The notes: a model not told the origin generated them from the letters alone. 54,786 nt of DNA from a virus (IMGVR_UViG_3300043446_002312:1-54786); one strand, 5' to 3'; positions 17,341-27,393 are shown, counted from the first letter of the stretch. Numbers and translations are program-made.

Positions 17341-20162
17341 AGACCCATAGTCCCATTTCTATAGTTCGGTGGCGAGTAAGAGTAGGTGGTTCCTGTAAAC
17401 CACGAAAGTTGTGGAGTTTCCGATGTAGTAGCGGCATTTTCCCAAACATAAGTGTAAGCAGCTGACGAGTTGTTAAACCGCTCTTCGCTCTTGGGGATCA
17501 GGGTAACTTGTGCGATTCCAAGCTTGATCGCAGAAATATCGCGACCGAACTGCGACTTAATCTGCTCATCGCAAGAATACATATTCACGTAACGAAGAAG
17601 GTTTCCAGCGTATTCCTGTATTCTAGCAGTGTTGGTAGCAACTGTATTCGTCCAATCCGTAACCGTTGGGAGAGGCGAGAAAGCCCGTAAAACGCGGTAA
17701 AGATTTCTCCCATCTTCGGAGAGAATCGTGTCTTCCGAGTAAAGAGCGTAAGAGGGGTTGAAGTAAGAAATATAGGGAAGAGTTAAGAACTCCCCCTCTG
17801 TGAACTCTGAGGTGAGTACGAACACCCCGTTCTCCACATACACCGAAAAGTCAAAGAGTGGACTAACATTAGTCGTTGCTGTGTAAGACAGAACGGTGCT
17901 ACCTTGCCGGAAGATTGTTGTGTCCCCTCTGAAGAACCGGAACATTCGAGTTGGTTCGGTTACAGTTCCGTCAAAGAGCGCCTCCGTTAGCTGAAGGTTC
18001 TGCTCGGAAGTGTAAGCTAGAGGGATCACTAAAGCTTCGGCTAATAGATCGTTGATCTGTGTGCTATCCGGTGTGAAATATTCAGCGGCGATGAAGTATT
18101 GCGGACTCGAAACACTTGTTTCTCTGTACTCCAGGTATGTTCCAACGGGGAACCGTGGCTTATACTTGAAGATAGGAAGTCCGGTATCTGAGTTCCGGAC
18201 AATTATTTCTTTTATTATGCCGAGTTCAACCAGCTGATCAAAATAGTCTTTGGTAGAGAGGCCATTCGGCTGATACGTAAAACTTTGCAGAACATACGCA
18301 AACTTGCTAACTCCGCCCTCCATTGGGTCAACATAGTTATAGTATGGGTCGGCAATAGCGTTCGGACCCGGACCAATCTGAGGCGTAGTTACCCACTCTC
18401 CAGGGGAGTACGTGGTACCTGCGATCAAGTTAAGAGGAGTAACTGCTGGCCCAAGTAAACCAGCTGACAAGGCGCTTGTAACATTGTTTGAGGCTTGCTC
18501 CAGCGTGAAGTCCTGCGAAACAACCCACGCCAATGCCCCAGGCCTCTTCTCAAGCGGGACTGAAGAAGTGGGGTCCGGAATAAACTGTCCATCGCCAGTA
18601 ACGTAGTCGTACTGAACGATCTCTGGATCGTATACACTGCTCGGGGCGACAGTATAAGTGTTCCCGACTACCCACGCCGAGTATGTTTTTACTCCGGAGA
18701 TTTTACCTTCCGCAATCAAAACGGGAATTTCCGTCTTAGAACCGATATTCACGTTGTCTAGAATAACATGGAGTTCCCCGTCTCCCCCTTCACTTGGGCT
18801 CCAGTATACGATGTCGCTCTGGAGATAGCTCCCTGCCTGAAGCAGCTGGATCTGCTTCATCGTCAGGTTACCATAAAGTGTTTGATCTTTCTTATTGTCC
18901 GAGTACGGAGTGAAAGAAGTCACCACTGGATAGTAAACCTTTGACGGTATGGTCTGGAGGACCAACTCATCTTGACTCAGCAATTCCTCGGAAGGTTCGA
19001 AAGTGTAAACCTGTGTGTAAAGGGCTGCGGAGGTCGCAAGTTGAGGCGGAGTATTAAACGCCTTGGCAGATGAAATTCGAGGGTTTACGTATCGGTCGGG
19101 GGTATCAAAGGTTAGGTTAAAAGCAGAATCTACATCACTAACGCTTGGGTCTGTGTAGGCAGGGAAAACGTTTCCGGGCTGTAAGATATCGTATATCCGA
19201 TTTCTGAAATCGAGCGAAGAATTTCGAAGGTTAACTCCGTATGAGCTGTTGGCATCAACCTCAAGGGTGATGTCGTACTGAACTTGGCTAAGTGTAAGCG
19301 GGTATAGATGCCCTGTTGTTCCGATCGGTACTGAGAAATTGACAACATTCTGTCCTCTGCTCAGCTGCTCATCGGTCAGCTCCACCCCATCCGGCCCAAG
19401 AACGAAGAACGAAACTTGACCACTAGGTAAAATGTAGTCGGTTAAATAATTGTAAGAGTACTCGGAACCTCTGTTTGGCTGAACTGAAGTTTGTGTTCCA
19501 ACCCCGAAAAAATCGACAAAGAAATCTTGCCAGTCTTGGCTGCTAACTGGGTTCTTTCTGCGAATAAGTGTGAAGAAACGCTCTTGAACTTCTTGATATG
19601 TCTCTACATCTGAACCACCGGTCGAAGGTTGAGGATTCGTCGAGGATAAGCCAGCTACGTTTATGGCGGAAGAACCGACAATAGAGTTAGCAGGAACGTT
19701 GTAAATTGTTCCAACAAACTCAGAATAAACAGTGACATATAAAACGGTTTCCCCCGGAGGAAAAGTATTCGCATCTGCGGTAACAAAGTTGAAAACTTCA
19801 CCACCAGTGATGTTGGGGTCAGTGGTAAAGACGGAACCAGCTGGAATCGTGACAGGAGCGTTTGACGCAGGTATTGTTAAAACAAGACGCGCAACTGAAG
19901 CTGTTCCCAGTCGGCGCATAGCACCCAAGAAAGGTCCTATCCACTCATTAAGGATCTTTTGAGGAAGTTGGTTGAGCCAAAACAGGAATTCACCCTGCGC
20001 AAAGACTTGCCCTTCCAGCAAGGCTGCCAGAGGGTTACCTGAACTAAAATCGTTAAGAGTTTGATTTGAAGCGTAATAGACCCTTTGCGAAGCTGCTTGA
20101 ACAAGTTGCGCTTCGTTTCTGGGATCAAGAGAAACAGAGGGCAGTGGAGCGTATCTAGGCAC
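17337..20162 (-). CDS. Baseplate J-like wedge protein with a long C-terminal extension
   Basis: NDFSSGNPLAALLE, IPAGSVF, GTIYNVPANSI, TGGSDVETYQE...IRRKNPVSSQDW. Confidence 0.85.
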   Translation of the reverse strand: MPRYAPLPSVSLDPRNEAQLVQAASQRVYYASNQTLNDFSSGNPLAALLEGQVFAQGEFLFWLNQLPQKILNEWIGPFLGAMRRLGTASVARLVLTIPASNAPVTIPAGSVFTTDPNITGGEVFNFVTADANTFPPGETVLYVTVYSEFVGTIYNVPANSIVGSSAINVAGLSSTNPQPSTGGSDVETYQEVQERFFTLIRRKNPVSSQDWQDFFVDFFGVGTQTSVQPNRGSEYSYNYLTDYILPSGQVSFFVLGPDGVELTDEQLSRGQNVVNFSVPIGTTGHLYPLTLSQVQYDITLEVDANSSYGVNLRNSSLDFRNRIYDILQPGNVFPAYTDPSVSDVDSAFNLTFDTPDRYVNPRISSAKAFNTPPQLATSAALYTQVYTFEPSEELLSQDELVLQTIPSKVYYPVVTSFTPYSDNKKDQTLYGNLTMKQIQLLQAGSYLQSDIVYWSPSEGGDGELHVILDNVNIGSKTEIPVLIAEGKISGVKTYSAWVVGNTYTVAPSSVYDPEIVQYDYVTGDGQFIPDPTSSVPLEKRPGALAWVVSQDFTLEQASNNVTSALSAGLLGPAVTPLNLIAGTTYSPGEWVTTPQIGPGPNAIADPYYNYVDPMEGGVSKFAYVLQSFTYQPNGLSTKDYFDQLVELGIIKEIIVRNSDTGLPIFKYKPRFPVGTYLEYRETSVSSPQYFIAAEYFTPDSTQINDLLAEALVIPLAYTSEQNLQLTEALFDGTVTEPTRMFRFFRGDTTIFRQGSTVLSYTATTNVSPLFDFSVYVENGVFVLTSEFTEGEFLTLPYISYFNPSYALYSEDTILSEDGRNLYRVLRAFSPLPTVTDWTNTVATNTARIQEYAGNLLRYVNMYSCDEQIKSQFGRDISAIKLGIAQVTLIPKSEERFNNSSAAYTYVWENAATTSETPQLSWFTGTTYSYSPPNYRNGTMGL

Positions 20163-20174
20163 GACGAGACCTCA

Positions 20175-20732
20175 TCAGAGCGGGCAAACAGTTTCGGAAT
20201 TTCCTGGGCCTACAGAATAATTCTTACAAGCGTTATCTTCTTCCGAGTAGTAAACTCCGTTGTCGATAACGAGGTTTTCCAACAAATCATCAATTTGATC
20301 TTTTAGGACTAGTTTGGTGATCAGGTCCTCACTATCCAGACCCGCAAATTTCTGAGCAATCGTTGGGGAGGGGTAACCGGCAGGATAGTTATATTTGTCG
20401 TTTGTCGTGAAACTTTTAGGAGCGTTCTCCTTGATGTTGGCAGGGTTGGTGAGGCCAGGGCCAGTTTCGTAACCAAAATTCCACACCCCCGTGACAACTT
20501 TGGAACCAGATATAGCAATCCCGCTAATTAACTGACCGCCTTCCACGTTTGGTTGTGGGGTCGTTAAGGTGATGTACCGAGAGTCTAGACCGTTAGGTCC
20601 TGCTGTCACAAGGGAATTCAGGCCAAGCGGCGGGTAATGCCAGTCGAGGTCTTGCCCGTCAAATGAAATTTGCTTGGCGCCATTTAGCCACTGGCTTGTA
20701 ACGATGACACCACTAGAAAAAGTTGTCTTCAT
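20175..20732 (-). CDS. Putative tail/baseplate structural protein
   Basis: TTFSSGVIVTSQWLN N-terminus resembles tail-fibre starts; GGGTAAAA 30 nt upstream. Confidence 0.55.
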   Translation of the reverse strand: MKTTFSSGVIVTSQWLNGAKQISFDGQDLDWHYPPLGLNSLVTAGPNGLDSRYITLTTPQPNVEGGQLISGIAISGSKVVTGVWNFGYETGPGLTNPANIKENAPKSFTTNDKYNYPAGYPSPTIAQKFAGLDSEDLITKLVLKDQIDDLLENLVIDNGVYYSEEDNACKNYSVGPGNSETVCPL

Positions 20733-20762
20733 GAATCCCTACGGATTGCCTTCTTACACTGG

Positions 20763-20770
20763 TTTTACCC
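20763..20770 (-). promoter_or_regulatory. Putative late promoter GGGTAAAA
   Basis: Directly after the terminator, 30 nt above ATG 20732. Confidence 0.75.
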
Positions 20771-20773
20771 TAC

Positions 20774-20800
20774 AAAAAATCCCCAGCCGAAGCCGGGGAT
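20774..20800 (-). terminator. Rho-independent terminator after the capsid/tube genes
   Basis: ATCCCCGGC-TTCG-GCTGGGGAT followed by a T-run; cUUCGg loop. Confidence 0.85.
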
Positions 20801-20822
20801 AAGTAACTCTGAAACTGACAGA

Positions 20823-21266
20823 TCAGGTACGTTCCCAATAGTTAACTGTGAACACACACTCGATCGTCTGAACGTTTCCGCTTTCACGGTCGACGTCAGC
20901 GGTTGTAACTGACTTGTACTGACATCCGTAAAGAACGTATTGGCCGCCTGCAGGAGCAGAACCAGCACCGACACAATCTTTGGGGGTCACGGTAACTGTG
21001 ATCTCTTCACAGTTATATGAAAGCCAGAATTGCTCGAGTTGTTTGAAGATGGTGGGGTCGTACGGGGCCTCTAACGTTACGTCGTCTGCGGTTCTAGGTC
21101 CAATAACGTGGTACAGTCTGTTGCCAGATCCGTTGGCATACCGGCTGTCCTCGGCTGAATCTTTGACACCGCTGAACTTAGTGAACACCGCTGTGAAAGT
21201 GGGTCCACCAAGAGCTGTGAATGAAACTTCGTACTGCGATTTGGTAATCGGTCTTAAAATAGCCAT
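20823..21266 (-). CDS. Tail tube protein
   Basis: 147 aa; FTKFSG...DVTLEAPYDP...ADVDRESGNVQTIECVF tube-like pattern. Confidence 0.75.
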   Translation of the reverse strand: MAILRPITKSQYEVSFTALGGPTFTAVFTKFSGVKDSAEDSRYANGSGNRLYHVIGPRTADDVTLEAPYDPTIFKQLEQFWLSYNCEEITVTVTPKDCVGAGSAPAGGQYVLYGCQYKSVTTADVDRESGNVQTIECVFTVNYWERT

Positions 21267-21294
21267 GATGACACCTCCTTAAGTATTTCTTGGA

Positions 21295-22347
21295 TCAACC
21301 AAGAATGTTGGAGATCATCGCGCCAGAACCGATAAGACCAGTGGCACCAAGACCAACCAGGTTAACAACACGCTCAACAGTGATTTCAGCACGAACCACG
21401 CGGCGCTCACGAATGTAGTACTCGGGGCGAACAGCAGGAGTGCCGGTCAGCTGATAGGTGTAAGCGAAAGCGGGGGTAGCAGCATTAGCACCGCCAGCAG
21501 GCATTACGCTATCTGAAGGACCATTGGGGCTGTAGAACAGCAGGATTCCGTTTGCAGGGAACACAGGCTGCAGGGTGCCATCGGTGGCAAGATAACGGCC
21601 CTCAGCAACGCGCAGACCACGCTCAAGACCGAAGTAACGGGCAAGCAGATCTGTGTCGATTGAATCGGCAGTGGTGTACTTGATACGCTCAAGGATAGCC
21701 TGGTTGGTCAGCAGTTGATCAAACACGGCAGTTCCCAGAACCATCGAGTTCGGGCGAATACCGATTTGGTTGGCAACCGAACGCTTCAGGGTCAGGATAT
21801 CTTCGATCGGGTTGGAAGTCAGTGAAGACCAAGCCGAAGGACCAGCGGCAGAACCGTAGGCGGTCTGGAAGTTAGTCCAGCTGGTGAAACCAAGACCAGT
21901 CTGGGAACCGGCACCGGCGCTGGGCTCGTAAGGGTTGTAACCACCGGTTACAGTCACAGCCTGGCTTACGGTGTACTCGTAAGCGTTCATCAGGCGGGAC
22001 ATGGCGTTGCGAGTTTCGATCGCGCGCAGGTCAACCTGGGCAGGACCTTCGCCAGCGTTCTCGATGACTTCTTCGGGCAGTTCCCAAGCCACGACTTCTT
22101 GCTCAAGCGCATAAGGCTCGGCATCGTAACGGCTCTGAACGAATGGAATGTTGGTTCCGTATGCGCGACGGAAATCGTTGATGGCGAACTGCTCTTTGCC
22201 GAAGCGCAGAATGCGGCCAGCACGAGTCGGGGTGTCAACAACGGGGGCAATAAAGTTGGCGATATTTGTCGCCGGAAGCATGAAACCTTGAGCGAGCGTA
22301 GTCAGAATCGGATCTACGCCAGCATAGGTTTGCTGGAGGTTCATCAT
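21295..22347 (-). CDS. Major capsid protein (HK97 fold)
   Basis: VDPILTTLAQGF, NPIEDI, GIRPNSMVLG, FAYTYQL; follows the protease and cement genes; strong SD. Confidence 0.9.
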   Translation of the reverse strand: MMNLQQTYAGVDPILTTLAQGFMLPATNIANFIAPVVDTPTRAGRILRFGKEQFAINDFRRAYGTNIPFVQSRYDAEPYALEQEVVAWELPEEVIENAGEGPAQVDLRAIETRNAMSRLMNAYEYTVSQAVTVTGGYNPYEPSAGAGSQTGLGFTSWTNFQTAYGSAAGPSAWSSLTSNPIEDILTLKRSVANQIGIRPNSMVLGTAVFDQLLTNQAILERIKYTTADSIDTDLLARYFGLERGLRVAEGRYLATDGTLQPVFPANGILLFYSPNGPSDSVMPAGGANAATPAFAYTYQLTGTPAVRPEYYIRERRVVRAEITVERVVNLVGLGATGLIGSGAMISNILG

Positions 22348-22395
22348 GGGAGGGAGGCTCCGAGATAGTTAAACGACTTCAAATGGTGTGAACCA

Positions 22396-22429
22396 CAGTT
22401 GGGACTTACACCCGAAGGATGCCCAACTG
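22396..22429 (-). other. RNA stem-loop in the leader of the major capsid gene
   Basis: CAGTTGGG/CCCAACTG arms with an inner CC-TTCG-GG hairpin on the minus strand. Confidence 0.55.
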
Positions 22430-22439
22430 AGGTTAATTA

Positions 22440-22913
22440 TCAGGCAAAGCTGACGAGAACGAACTTGCGACCGCCGATTCCGATTTGCTCGCGAATCAGA
22501 GGTGTGGTGCCGTCTAGGGTAACGGCGGTGCCGTCGCCGACGCCAACAGCTTGACCCAGGTCGTTGATTTCGAGCTGGGTGTTCAGGGTCAGATCGGTCA
22601 GAGTTGCAGCGGGGGCAACTTCAACCAGCAGAAGACCGGAGGTAGCAACGGTCAGCTGACGAGCGGTGTAAGGTTGAGCCAGAGCGGTAGGCATGTAAGC
22701 CTGGTTGATACCGACGATTGTCTCAGGCTGAACGGTGAAAGCGTCACCGGCAGCGGCGAAATTAGGGCCAGCCCAGGTAGCATAGGAAACGGCACGGAAT
22801 TCGCCGATTTCCACTACGCCGGGATCGCCGGCTTCGTTGTCAGCAGGAGCTTCGAAAGTTTCTGCGTAACGGATGTACTGACGGCCGTATACGGGACCTG
22901 CGTTTGTAGCCAT
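22440..22913 (-). CDS. Capsid cement/decoration protein (DUF2190-like)
   Basis: ATG at 22913; TVATSGLLLVEV...LEINDLGQAV; lies between protease and capsid genes. Confidence 0.65.
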   Translation of the reverse strand: MATNAGPVYGRQYIRYAETFEAPADNEAGDPGVVEIGEFRAVSYATWAGPNFAAAGDAFTVQPETIVGINQAYMPTALAQPYTARQLTVATSGLLLVEVAPAATLTDLTLNTQLEINDLGQAVGVGDGTAVTLDGTTPLIREQIGIGGRKFVLVSFA

Positions 22914-22987
22914 GGAATTCTCCAAAGTATGAGGACTTCAATTTGTTTACTCTGGGACTTGTTTTTACACCCAGTTAAACTGAATGG

Positions 22988-22995
22988 TTTTACCC
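22988..22995 (-). promoter_or_regulatory. Putative late promoter GGGTAAAA
   Basis: Upstream of the cement/capsid/tube unit. Confidence 0.75.
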
Positions 22996-23649
22996 TTATC
23001 GGTAGTCAATACTACACCGGCAGCGGTCGTAGCATTGGCATTGTTTACCTGGCATGGGGAGGGTTCCCAGTGGTTGCCAACCAAGTCGACCGAACATTAC
23101 ACAATCGGGACAAGTTCTTGAGTCAAGTTTTGGAACTCGCCTCATCTCCCGGTATCCCTGATCTTGTCGAACATAGTATTGGCCAAGGTTGAAGAAAGAA
23201 TAGGACGGGTTTGCTAAATAGCGAATAACGCGAATCAGCAGCCCTGGCCAACTCTTAACTTCACCAAAATCTTGTGTTTTGTCGCCCAACAGAATACCTC
23301 CGTTGTCGAGTGCGTCTTTTGTTTCAACCAAAAATTCATGCAAAGGTGGGAGCATTTCGCCAACGATGGTTGGCCACGCCCGCTCCATTTTACCGCGAGG
23401 GTTGATATCTTCGGCGCCGAGGTTGACAGCGGCAAGCGCAGAGATGAGAGTTTTGTCGAGTAGAGATCTCTCGTACTCCTCCCACCTCATTTGCTTATCC
23501 CGAAGACCTTTCACCAAAACTTTCGACTCATCTGTCATGCGCTCTTCAAGCTCAGCTTGTGAGTTCACTTTCTTTCTTAGAGCCTCGGCTTGGGTGAAAT
23601 AATCTCCCCTCCGTTTCGTGGCCATGCCAATCAGAGAGAGGAGATCCAT
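22996..23649 (-). CDS. Head morphogenesis/minor head protein (Mu gpF-like)
   Basis: TCPDC...PMPGKQCQCYDRCRC C-terminal motif. Confidence 0.7.
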   Translation of the reverse strand: MDLLSLIGMATKRRGDYFTQAEALRKKVNSQAELEERMTDESKVLVKGLRDKQMRWEEYERSLLDKTLISALAAVNLGAEDINPRGKMERAWPTIVGEMLPPLHEFLVETKDALDNGGILLGDKTQDFGEVKSWPGLLIRVIRYLANPSYSFFNLGQYYVRQDQGYREMRRVPKLDSRTCPDCVMFGRLGWQPLGTLPMPGKQCQCYDRCRCSIDYR

Positions 23650-23657
23650 TTCAAACC

Positions 23658-25967
23658 TCAGTTATACATTGTGCGCTTGATAGCTTCCACGTAGTCGATT
23701 CCTTCGGACTCAACCAGTTTCAGAGCTTTTGAGTGGGGGTCAAGATCTTCCTCAGCAAACTGGAAGGTTCCGCCAGCGATCTCGCTGTAGGAAACCATCG
23801 GAGGAAGCTTGCTCAGCAGGCCAAGCAGCTTCGTGGCAGCCGTTTCACCCTCGGAGAACTCCAGGGTTCCGAAGTCAAGACCTTCGCAGTAGCTTTGCAG
23901 TTCGGACTGAGGCATAATTCCGTCGGTCAGGCGGCCATCTTCGTAAAGTGACTCAACGAATGAGGCGATCTTGGCCTTGCGGGCGCTCATCTTCTCTTCA
24001 GCGTAGCGACGCTGCAGTTCAGAATGCTCTTTCTTCAGGCGATCCAGCTCTTCAAAGATGGCATCCGGGTAACCAGCAGGCTTAGCCTGGCTCATTGAAC
24101 CCATGCCGCAATGATCGGCAGAGAACTCGTTGTACTCCTCTTCGTCGGCATCGTCATCGCCGTCTTCGTCGTAAGTAGAACCGAACCCAGTCTTAGTGTA
24201 GGGATTCTTTTTCTCACCGTGCTCTTCAGCGAAAGCGCCTTCGGGGCCGACAACCTGGGCAGCTTCGTCAGTCTCGTCCATAGCACCAGGAGTCAGGTGC
24301 TTATTTGAGGCTTTCTTCTCACCCTTGTAACCTTCGGCGAACACACCGTCGGGACCGGTAACTTCGGCAACGCCACCCTCGAACTGACCAGGCTCTAGTT
24401 GACCTTTCTTGATCTTGGCCTTGCCTTGAGTCAGGTCATCGACTTCGCCCATGGCAGTTACGCCCAGCTCGGAAGTTACCTCATCTGCCTCAGGCTCGGC
24501 GTGATCAATCTTACCGCCTTTGGTGGCTTGACGACCGTCGCTGCTCTTTTGACGCATTACGCGCATGCTTCCATCAGACATAACGTTGATGGTGCTGACT
24601 GCGAACACTTCGTTGTCGGGTGACTCTTCGGTCTCGGTAGGAACCTTGGTGTCAGCATCTTCGCGACCGGCAGGGTTAGCGCCAGAAGCGGTCTTAGGCT
24701 GATTGGGTTCAGGATAGCTCTTAGCGTCGGCGTCGTACTGATCACCGTTCATGGTGCGATCTTCAGCATCCGCTTGACCAGCCCAGCGTGATTCGCCAGT
24801 GGCGTTATCAGAGCCGTCTTTCGCAGTTTTCTTGCGGTCAGCGTCTTGCTCCGAACTTTCAGCTGTATTCAGACGGTCTGCATCTTGCTCACCGCTCTTG
24901 GCAGTGTTCATGCGGTCTTCGCCAACGCCGCCTTTTCCTCCCTTGCCGGATTTGATTCGATCGGCGTAGCCATTGTCGGAAGAACGAGCTGTCTCGTAAC
25001 GACCGGACTCATCATAGTCCATTTCGTCGCCTTCCTCCATTTCAACCTTTTCGCCAGGGTGAGCCTTGGCTTTGGCCTTCATTTCTTCGGCTTTCTTCTT
25101 GAGTGCCGGGGGCAGCTCTTTGTGTTGCTCGTCGTAGACGTTTTCTACAACCTGCATTACTTGGCCGTGGGCACCTTTGGCGTGCTTACGGCTGATTTTT
25201 CCGTCTTCCATAAATTGTTCCTCTGGGAATTGGTCTTCAAGTTCAGCCGTCTGCTGAGTGATTTCGTTGGTTTTGATGCCTTGCTTGGAGCCCTCCGTGA
25301 ATTGTTGGTTTTCTTCGGGGCTGGCGATTTCAGCTGGAGCTTTTGCACCAGCCGCTTGATCCACGTCGGTTTCCTTTTGAGTGTCGACAGAATCTTGAAG
25401 ATCTTTGACAGCGGATGAAACATCTTGTCGAACTTCCTCAAGTTTCTCGCGAAGAACCTCAAGTGGGCTTTTCTCAACGAGCAAGGTTGGGCCAAGTTCG
25501 TCGTCAAAAATTTGGTCCGGAGACAACGTCACTGCGAAGTCAAAGCATCCTTCCATCTCGTTGAATGAGAAGGGTTCGAGACCTTTAACCGCAGGGGGTG
25601 ACGCCCCCAGCAAGGCAAGGTGCCTTGCACTCCATTTCCCCCCGTGCGGGTTGATTTGACTATCCGGGGAGTAGAAGGAAATCGATACTTTTCGATAGTG
25701 ACCATTCTTGACTAAATCTTTCGCAGTGTCCGTGAAAGAGACATCGGCGTAAAGGTTTTGTCCCTCTCTCGTAAATCCTTGGATCCACCCAAAAGAAGGC
25801 AAACTGTCGTTATCACCCTGGTGGCCAAGAACTATAGGAGCTTCATGGACCGAAGGGTCATATGTATCGACAACTTGCTGAAGATCTTCCGGAGAGAATG
25901 TCCGCTTAATTCCTTGAGCAGAGGTCTGATCACCCGCACGAAATACGTGAATTCTTTTAGTGAACAC
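23658..25967 (-). CDS. Mu-like prohead protease-scaffold with a long low-complexity insertion
   Basis: IHVFRAG, HEAPIVLGH, YRKVSISFY, RHLALLGASPPAVKGL; C-terminal coiled coil ending GIDYVEAIK. Confidence 0.9.
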   Translation of the reverse strand: MFTKRIHVFRAGDQTSAQGIKRTFSPEDLQQVVDTYDPSVHEAPIVLGHQGDNDSLPSFGWIQGFTREGQNLYADVSFTDTAKDLVKNGHYRKVSISFYSPDSQINPHGGKWSARHLALLGASPPAVKGLEPFSFNEMEGCFDFAVTLSPDQIFDDELGPTLLVEKSPLEVLREKLEEVRQDVSSAVKDLQDSVDTQKETDVDQAAGAKAPAEIASPEENQQFTEGSKQGIKTNEITQQTAELEDQFPEEQFMEDGKISRKHAKGAHGQVMQVVENVYDEQHKELPPALKKKAEEMKAKAKAHPGEKVEMEEGDEMDYDESGRYETARSSDNGYADRIKSGKGGKGGVGEDRMNTAKSGEQDADRLNTAESSEQDADRKKTAKDGSDNATGESRWAGQADAEDRTMNGDQYDADAKSYPEPNQPKTASGANPAGREDADTKVPTETEESPDNEVFAVSTINVMSDGSMRVMRQKSSDGRQATKGGKIDHAEPEADEVTSELGVTAMGEVDDLTQGKAKIKKGQLEPGQFEGGVAEVTGPDGVFAEGYKGEKKASNKHLTPGAMDETDEAAQVVGPEGAFAEEHGEKKNPYTKTGFGSTYDEDGDDDADEEEYNEFSADHCGMGSMSQAKPAGYPDAIFEELDRLKKEHSELQRRYAEEKMSARKAKIASFVESLYEDGRLTDGIMPQSELQSYCEGLDFGTLEFSEGETAATKLLGLLSKLPPMVSYSEIAGGTFQFAEEDLDPHSKALKLVESEGIDYVEAIKRTMYN

Positions 25968-25993
25968 AGTCTATAAGGGGATCTGATAACATT

Positions 25994-26001
25994 TTTTACC
26001 C
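25994..26001 (-). promoter_or_regulatory. Putative late promoter GGGTAAAA
   Basis: 26 nt above the protease start; contains the portal stop. Confidence 0.7.
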
Positions 26002-27393
26002 TTCTTGCTCAGCAATCTGGGCTTCTTGCTGATCGGCTGGCTCCGCTTCAGGAAGGGCAGCCGCTTCGGGCGCAGCTGCACTTTCATCCCCGAAAATTGA
26101 ACCGAACAGGTCTTGATCTTGTTCTGGATTGTAAGTTGTGGCAGAGGTGTTGTCGGCTGGTCCACCACTTTCCTTCTTGTCTTCCAGTTCAACGCGGAAG
26201 TGCCGCTCCAGCCACTCTTTCTTCGGTGTGAAGCCAGACTGAATGAGCAGAGAGACGTCCGGCATCGTGAGAGTTGACTCCTCGATCCGGAACTCCCGAG
26301 TAAGAACGGGAGCAGCCACATCAGTTCCAAAGTTTAGATCAACGATCCAACGGATAAGAGTCTGAGTTAGAGTTTGCGAGATAATTTCCGAAAGTTCCGA
26401 AGCTTTCACCACGCGAACGACGTTCGCAACCTGAGAAGAAGCGCGGGAGCCAGCTTCAGCTTGCCCTGCCTCGTTCTCTCCGCAAATCAGCACGCTGATT
26501 TCTTTGTCAATGTAGTCAATCAGATTCTTGAATACGTCAGGGCTTCCGGTTGGCGTCACGAACTCTAGCTCGTAACCCTCTGGGAGGATCATTGCCGTTT
26601 CTTGACTCAAGTTGGAAAGATGGTCGTACAGTGTATCGATTTCTTTCGTGCTTGCGCTCAAGGGTGCCTTCGCAACAGCGGTCGGAGTTGCGTACCGATC
26701 CCCGTAAAGAACATACGATTCAATCGCTCTGCGACGAAATTTGACGAGGGGATACAGAATACGACCCAACGATGAACCGTAAGGGTCACCATTGTGTGAT
26801 ACCCAGTAACGATTCACAATGAATTTCCGTGTAGGGAGTTCCACACCCTCGAACATTCGGTTGAATGTTAGACAGCGCATTGTGAAGCCCGTCTGAGCAT
26901 CTTCTTTTTCTTGGAAAACAAAACGGCGCTGGTCACGCATCCGAACGTCAAACGGAACGACTCCTCTTTTCGTCTTCTTCCACATCACTTCCCCGACGGA
27001 GAATCCTGTGATGATTGCTTCCGCCAGTCCTTTGTAAATATCGTCTAACGGAATCTCCTCAAGAACTTCGCTCACGAAGTCGCGTACTGCTACGTCGCCG
27101 GGTTTATCACTGTACTGCTCGATATACCAGGGTCGAGACGTAATTTCTTGAACAAGTTTGGCAAAACAGCCCTGAACCTGCTCGTCATAAAGTAGGCGCT
27201 GGTATACAACTAGGGCACGGTTTCCGCCTTTCTGAATGAGGAGGTCGTCGTTCGGCCTGACGATTGTGTTACCTTGACCAGTGAACGGGCTGCTAGACCC
27301 GAACATGTAGATCGAAGATAGATTATAGGGGTCAGAAGTATAACGAGCTACCTCTCCCGATGGCACTGGGGCTGTCTTAAATCTTTGAGCCAT
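25996..27393 (-). CDS. Portal protein (Mu gp29/DUF935-like)
   Basis: AIITGFSVGEVMW, DPYGSSLGRILY, DRYATP, DYIDKEISVLICG, RWIVDLNFG. Confidence 0.9.
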   Translation of the reverse strand: MAQRFKTAPVPSGEVARYTSDPYNLSSIYMFGSSSPFTGQGNTIVRPNDDLLIQKGGNRALVVYQRLLYDEQVQGCFAKLVQEITSRPWYIEQYSDKPGDVAVRDFVSEVLEEIPLDDIYKGLAEAIITGFSVGEVMWKKTKRGVVPFDVRMRDQRRFVFQEKEDAQTGFTMRCLTFNRMFEGVELPTRKFIVNRYWVSHNGDPYGSSLGRILYPLVKFRRRAIESYVLYGDRYATPTAVAKAPLSASTKEIDTLYDHLSNLSQETAMILPEGYELEFVTPTGSPDVFKNLIDYIDKEISVLICGENEAGQAEAGSRASSQVANVVRVVKASELSEIISQTLTQTLIRWIVDLNFGTDVAAPVLTREFRIEESTLTMPDVSLLIQSGFTPKKEWLERHFRVELEDKKESGGPADNTSATTYNPEQDQDLFGSIFGDESAAAPEAAALPEAEPADQQEAQIAEQEG

